From: Alphaproteobacteria bacterium
Lineage (GTDB): Bacteria; Pseudomonadota; Alphaproteobacteria; MPNO01; UBA830
NCBI GenBank assembly: GCA_965243135.1
Contig: OZ251539.1
Location: 4,064,001-4,128,000 of the forward strand
Length of the DNA stretch: 64,000 nucleotides
Direction: 5' to 3'
The position numbers and the translations under genes were made by a program. Every line of letters begins with the position of its first letter. Position 1 is the stretch's first letter. This document shows positions 60,504 through 64,000 of the stretch, in pieces. The notes beneath the pieces are model-generated. The model had not been told where the DNA came from. It worked only from the letters and a program-made list of their open reading frames with translations, and did no database searches.

Positions 60504-61541
60504 TCAACCGTCCGCTACGGTCGCGTGGATCCGCAGAAGTTCGGGAATCGTCTCGGCCGGCCGCCGTCCGAAACCGCATTCCGTCGCGACGCCGAAGTTC
60601 GGGGCATGCCTTTCCGCGGCGGCGATGCGCCTGCGGGTGCCGGTCGCGCCGTCCGTGTAATGCACCAGCCCCAGATACAGTTCCGTTTCCGGGTTGAGAG
60701 CGAGATCCCGAAGCGGCGCGAAATAGGCGTCGTCGTCGCGGCTGCGGGGAACCGGCATGTGAATCCAGTGAACCGGACGGGGAGAGCCCGCGCAAATGCC
60801 GTTGGCGAACGCGACGCAGGTCGCGAAGTCCTCCGGCTCGACGATATGCTTGTGTCCGGGATCGCCGTAGCAAAGGTGTATCCCCGCCTCGGCGCCCTCG
60901 GAGACGAAGCCGAGTTGACGGCAAATGCGCTCCAGGGATCCTTCGAGTATGTCCTCGTAATGCAGCTTCCAGCGGCCTGACCCGCCGTCGCGAGCGATGA
61001 CTTCGTGGCAGACGTCCCATTGGATGGCCAGCCGGTCGGCCGGAACCGCGGCGGAAATCGCCTCGACGTCGCGCTTCAGTCCGCGCTCCACGGCGGGCTC
61101 GATCAGCGGCCGATGGCCGATCTCCATGAAGTTCGTGGACAACGCGACCGCCGTCGGAAGCGACACCTGAAACCGCGTCGCGGCCGGAATGGATCCTTCC
61201 GCCCGATGAACTTCGAACCGCTCGTAGGAAGCGATTGCAGCGCCGGCGTAGCCGAGCGTCTCGAATTCGATCTCCGTCACGCCGTCGGCCAGCCGAAACG
61301 GCGCGACCCCCAACTGGGCCTGGAAGCCGTCGACTCCTTCGTACTCGCCGACTCTGGCGAGCGACGGATGACGGTCGAACAGATCGAAGACCCACCGGAT
61401 CCAGTGGTAGCGCGGACCGGTCTCGCCGTCGGGATAGCGCCGCGCACGCGGGCCGATGGTTTCTCCCAACGCCTTGAAGACGGCGTCTTCGTTTTCGAGC
61501 CCGAGGCTCCCGGTAAAATGGATTTTCCCGTTCTGCGGCAT
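60504..61541 (-). CDS. cobalamin-independent methionine synthase-like (single barrel) protein
   Basis: HFTGSL, PDGETG-R--WI, IQWDV--E, GIHLCYGD, ATECGFGR (putative Zn ligands). Confidence 0.65.
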   Translation of the reverse strand: MPQNGKIHFTGSLGLENEDAVFKALGETIGPRARRYPDGETGPRYHWIRWVFDLFDRHPSLARVGEYEGVDGFQAQLGVAPFRLADGVTEIEFETLGYAGAAIASYERFEVHRAEGSIPAATRFQVSLPTAVALSTNFMEIGHRPLIEPAVERGLKRDVEAISAAVPADRLAIQWDVCHEVIARDGGSGRWKLHYEDILEGSLERICRQLGFVSEGAEAGIHLCYGDPGHKHIVEPEDFATCVAFANGICAGSPRPVHWIHMPVPRSRDDDAYFAPLRDLALNPETELYLGLVHYTDGATGTRRRIAAAERHAPNFGVATECGFGRRPAETIPELLRIHATVADG

Positions 61542-61983
61542 GGTCTCGCCTCCCCGAGTTCCCTGGACGCCCGGCGTTCCGAAACCCGGGCGCGCGGCCC
61601 AGCGCCGGAGCGGACCATATTCTCGTCAATAGCGCAAAGTCATTTCAAGTCGCGCGGCGCATGAAGCCTCGCCTCGGAGTCGCCCGACCGCCGACGCGAT
61701 ATCGTCGATCATCCGCGCCGGCGGGCGCGGTCGCAGCTTGGTCCGCAAGGAACGGATCGGCAGGCCGCAGACGATCTCCATCCTTCTGGTCCATCGGCTC
61801 GCTCCAGCGCGTTGACGACCCGCTGCCGGAATCCGAAATGAGATGCAAGAACTATTTTCGAGAACGTCGAAAATCACCGGAACGTTATGGAACTAACGAC
61901 GCAAACGCGAACGCTCGCCGTATGCCATTGGGCCCCGACCCAGGCTCTTGCGGGAGTTCCGCCACGGCTTCGGGGCGGCGCGT

Positions 61984-64000
61984 TCACGCCTGCGCGGGCG
62001 GCAGCGGTTGCTCCACGGCGGCGGCGGCCGCCGCCTTGGGGTCTTCGCCTTCGTTCACCTTGACCCGCACTTCGCGCCGCGCGAATTGTATGCCGTTGGC
62101 CTCGAACTCCTGTTGCACGCGGTTGTAGACCTCCTTGCGGATCATGAATTGCCGGCCCGGCTTCGCCATGTACTTGCCGCGGACGACGATGCCGACGTCG
62201 TCGACCTCCATCACGCCCTGGCTCTTGAACGGCTGGATGAAGTCGCCGGCCAGCTCCGGCACCTGCATCAGGTCGGCGCCGATCTTCTTGAAGATGTTCT
62301 TCACCTTCTTGAGGTCGGTGTCGAACGGAACCGTGAACTTCAGCTTCATGATCACCCAGTCGCGCGAATAGTTGGTGATCCTGGGAATGTCGCCGAAGGG
62401 GATCGTGTGGATCGCGCCCCGGTGATGCCGCAGCCTCAGCGAACGGATGGAAATCCTTTCGACCGTCCCGACCGTGCCGTCGATGTCGAGATACTCGCCG
62501 GTCCGGAACGCGTCGTCGACCAGGAAGAAGATGCCCGAGACGACGTCGCTGACCAGTTTCTGCCCGCCGAAGCCGATGGCGAGGCCGATGATGCCGGCGC
62601 CGGCCAGCAGCGGCGTGATGTCGATGCCGACGTTCCCGAGAGCGATCAGCACGGTGACGGCGACGATCGCCGACCGCAGCACCCAGCGGACGAGCGGAAG
62701 CACCGTGGAAAGGCGGGAGCCGCCGACGCCGCCGCCCTCGCCGCCGCCGGGCTCGTCGGGATCGAAGCCCGCGTCCGTCTGCTCGCCCGCCAGCCGCCGG
62801 TCGATCCACAGGGTCGTCAGCTCGAACGCGAGAAAGCCCGCTCCCAGCACCAGCAGCACCTCGATCAGGCGGGCCGCGGCCTGCGCTCCGATCCCCGCGC
62901 TGGCCAGGAAGTCGATCTCCCAAATCTCGACCATGAGAAAGACGAAAAGGCAAAACACCAGCAAGCGGCCGATCTGGACGTAGCTGCGCAGCGCGGAACG
63001 ATACGCCCGTTCGGCGAGTCGCCCCTCGCCGGTCATCGGCGGCACCGCATGCCGGACGACGCCCCTTATCGTCGTGTCCAGCACCGGGACGGCGCCGAGT
63101 AGCGCCAGCGTCAGATAATGGCTTCCCCCGACGATGAGATGCAACTGTTCCAGATACGCCAGGCATTCGACCAGCAGCCAGGTAAGGCCGCTGAAGACGA
63201 TCATGGCGTAGGGATAGGAGGCGATCGCCTTCGCTTCCAGCGGCGAGAGGTCGTCGTCGCCGCCGCGAAGCATCGTGACCAACCCCTCCCGCGTATCCCA
63301 GGCGATGAAGGCTATATAGGCGAGCGTCGCCAGAGTTAGCCAGAAGCCGAGCTTCAGATCGTCGACCGGAATGCCGTTGCGCGTACTGAAGTTCAGCATT
63401 GCGAATTGGAAGCCGATCAGCAGAGCCAGCAGGATCAGGTGCCGGTAAAGAATGCGCGCCGTGCGGTCGTCGGTTCGCACGAGCCGAAGCTCCGGCCGGC
63501 GGGGCGCAATCAGGAACCGCGACAACGCGGCCGCCCCCATGGGCAGAATCGCGAGATACGTCAGGATCAGCCGCCCGAACGGACGGTCCGCCTCGTTCAT
63601 CGTCGCGTCGAGGATCAGGCCCGAAACGATCGCCAGAAGGATCAGGCCCGAAGCGTCGAGGAGCAGCCGGAGCGTCAGCACCTTGAGCGTCTCCTTCAGC
63701 CCGCGGTCGCCCGCGGCCTCGGCGATGCGGTGCCGCCATCTCCCGGCTAGGCGGTAGGTCAGCCATCCGGCCGCCAACCCGCCGAGAAGCGAGAGGGCCG
63801 CGAGGCCCAGAAACGCCGCCGTGCCGGACGCGCCGCGCATTTCGTAGAACGCGGCGAACGCCCGGCCCTGCACCGTCAGCAGATCGGGCAGGCTTCCGGC
63901 CGCGTCCAGGACGGAGCCGGCGACGCCCGCCGCCAGCCCGGCGATCTCGTCCGTCATGCTGCGCCGCGCCGTGCGCTCCCTCTCTGCGGCGACGGCGTCG
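61984..64000 (-). CDS. MscS family mechanosensitive channel, large; probably extends past the window end
   Basis: multiple TM helices; PLLAGAGIIGLAIGFGGQKLV-DVVSG-FFL-DDAFR-GEY, GTVE-ISIRS, NYSRDW. Confidence 0.9.
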   Translation of the reverse strand, partial: DAVAAERERTARRSMTDEIAGLAAGVAGSVLDAAGSLPDLLTVQGRAFAAFYEMRGASGTAAFLGLAALSLLGGLAAGWLTYRLAGRWRHRIAEAAGDRGLKETLKVLTLRLLLDASGLILLAIVSGLILDATMNEADRPFGRLILTYLAILPMGAAALSRFLIAPRRPELRLVRTDDRTARILYRHLILLALLIGFQFAMLNFSTRNGIPVDDLKLGFWLTLATLAYIAFIAWDTREGLVTMLRGGDDDLSPLEAKAIASYPYAMIVFSGLTWLLVECLAYLEQLHLIVGGSHYLTLALLGAVPVLDTTIRGVVRHAVPPMTGEGRLAERAYRSALRSYVQIGRLLVFCLFVFLMVEIWEIDFLASAGIGAQAAARLIEVLLVLGAGFLAFELTTLWIDRRLAGEQTDAGFDPDEPGGGEGGGVGGSRLSTVLPLVRWVLRSAIVAVTVLIALGNVGIDITPLLAGAGIIGLAIGFGGQKLVSDVVSGIFFLVDDAFRTGEYLDIDGTVGTVERISIRSLRLRHHRGAIHTIPFGDIPRITNYSRDWVIMKLKFTVPFDTDLKKVKNIFKKIGADLMQVPELAGDFIQPFKSQGVMEVDDVGIVVRGKYMAKPGRQFMIRKEVYNRVQQEFEANGIQFARREVRVKVNEGEDPKAAAAAAVEQPLPPAQA

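Noticed and set aside
1-64000. CRISPR array, rRNA, or intact transposase/integrase
   Set aside because: No regularly spaced repeats, rRNA-like sequence or complete recombinase ORF seen.

Overview
High-GC bacterial DNA. The gene set and order (carD-fdxA-hsp15-SUV3-like helicase, SAM-II riboswitch-metZ, argD-argF-hslO) point to an alphaproteobacterium; this is inference. Most of the window is housekeeping and metabolic genes. The standout is an ~11 kb defence island (16249-27028). It has an Ssp-type DNA phosphorothioation module (divergent cysteine desulfurase, DUF4007 protein, large ATPase, PAPS-reductase-family protein). Instead of an sspE-like gene, this is followed by a coupled SF2 helicase + MORC/GHKL ATPase + PLD nuclease trio. 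The ATPase gene is frameshifted at a C17 tract, which may be a phase-variation switch. Other points: an ORF-less group II intron (55187-56047) inserted in an AAA/PD-(D/E)XK gene, with a perfect EBS1-IBS1 match but a damaged domain V; a PaeR7I-like methylase whose endonuclease survives only as a 42-codon stump; a decayed element next to tRNA-Arg(CCT) (integrase tail, broken higB, intact higA); a probable oxalate -> glyoxylate -> malate operon; Mu-like phage debris beside an RNA ligase; an Xre-RES toxin-antitoxin pair. All calls come from motif recognition by eye; no database searches were run.
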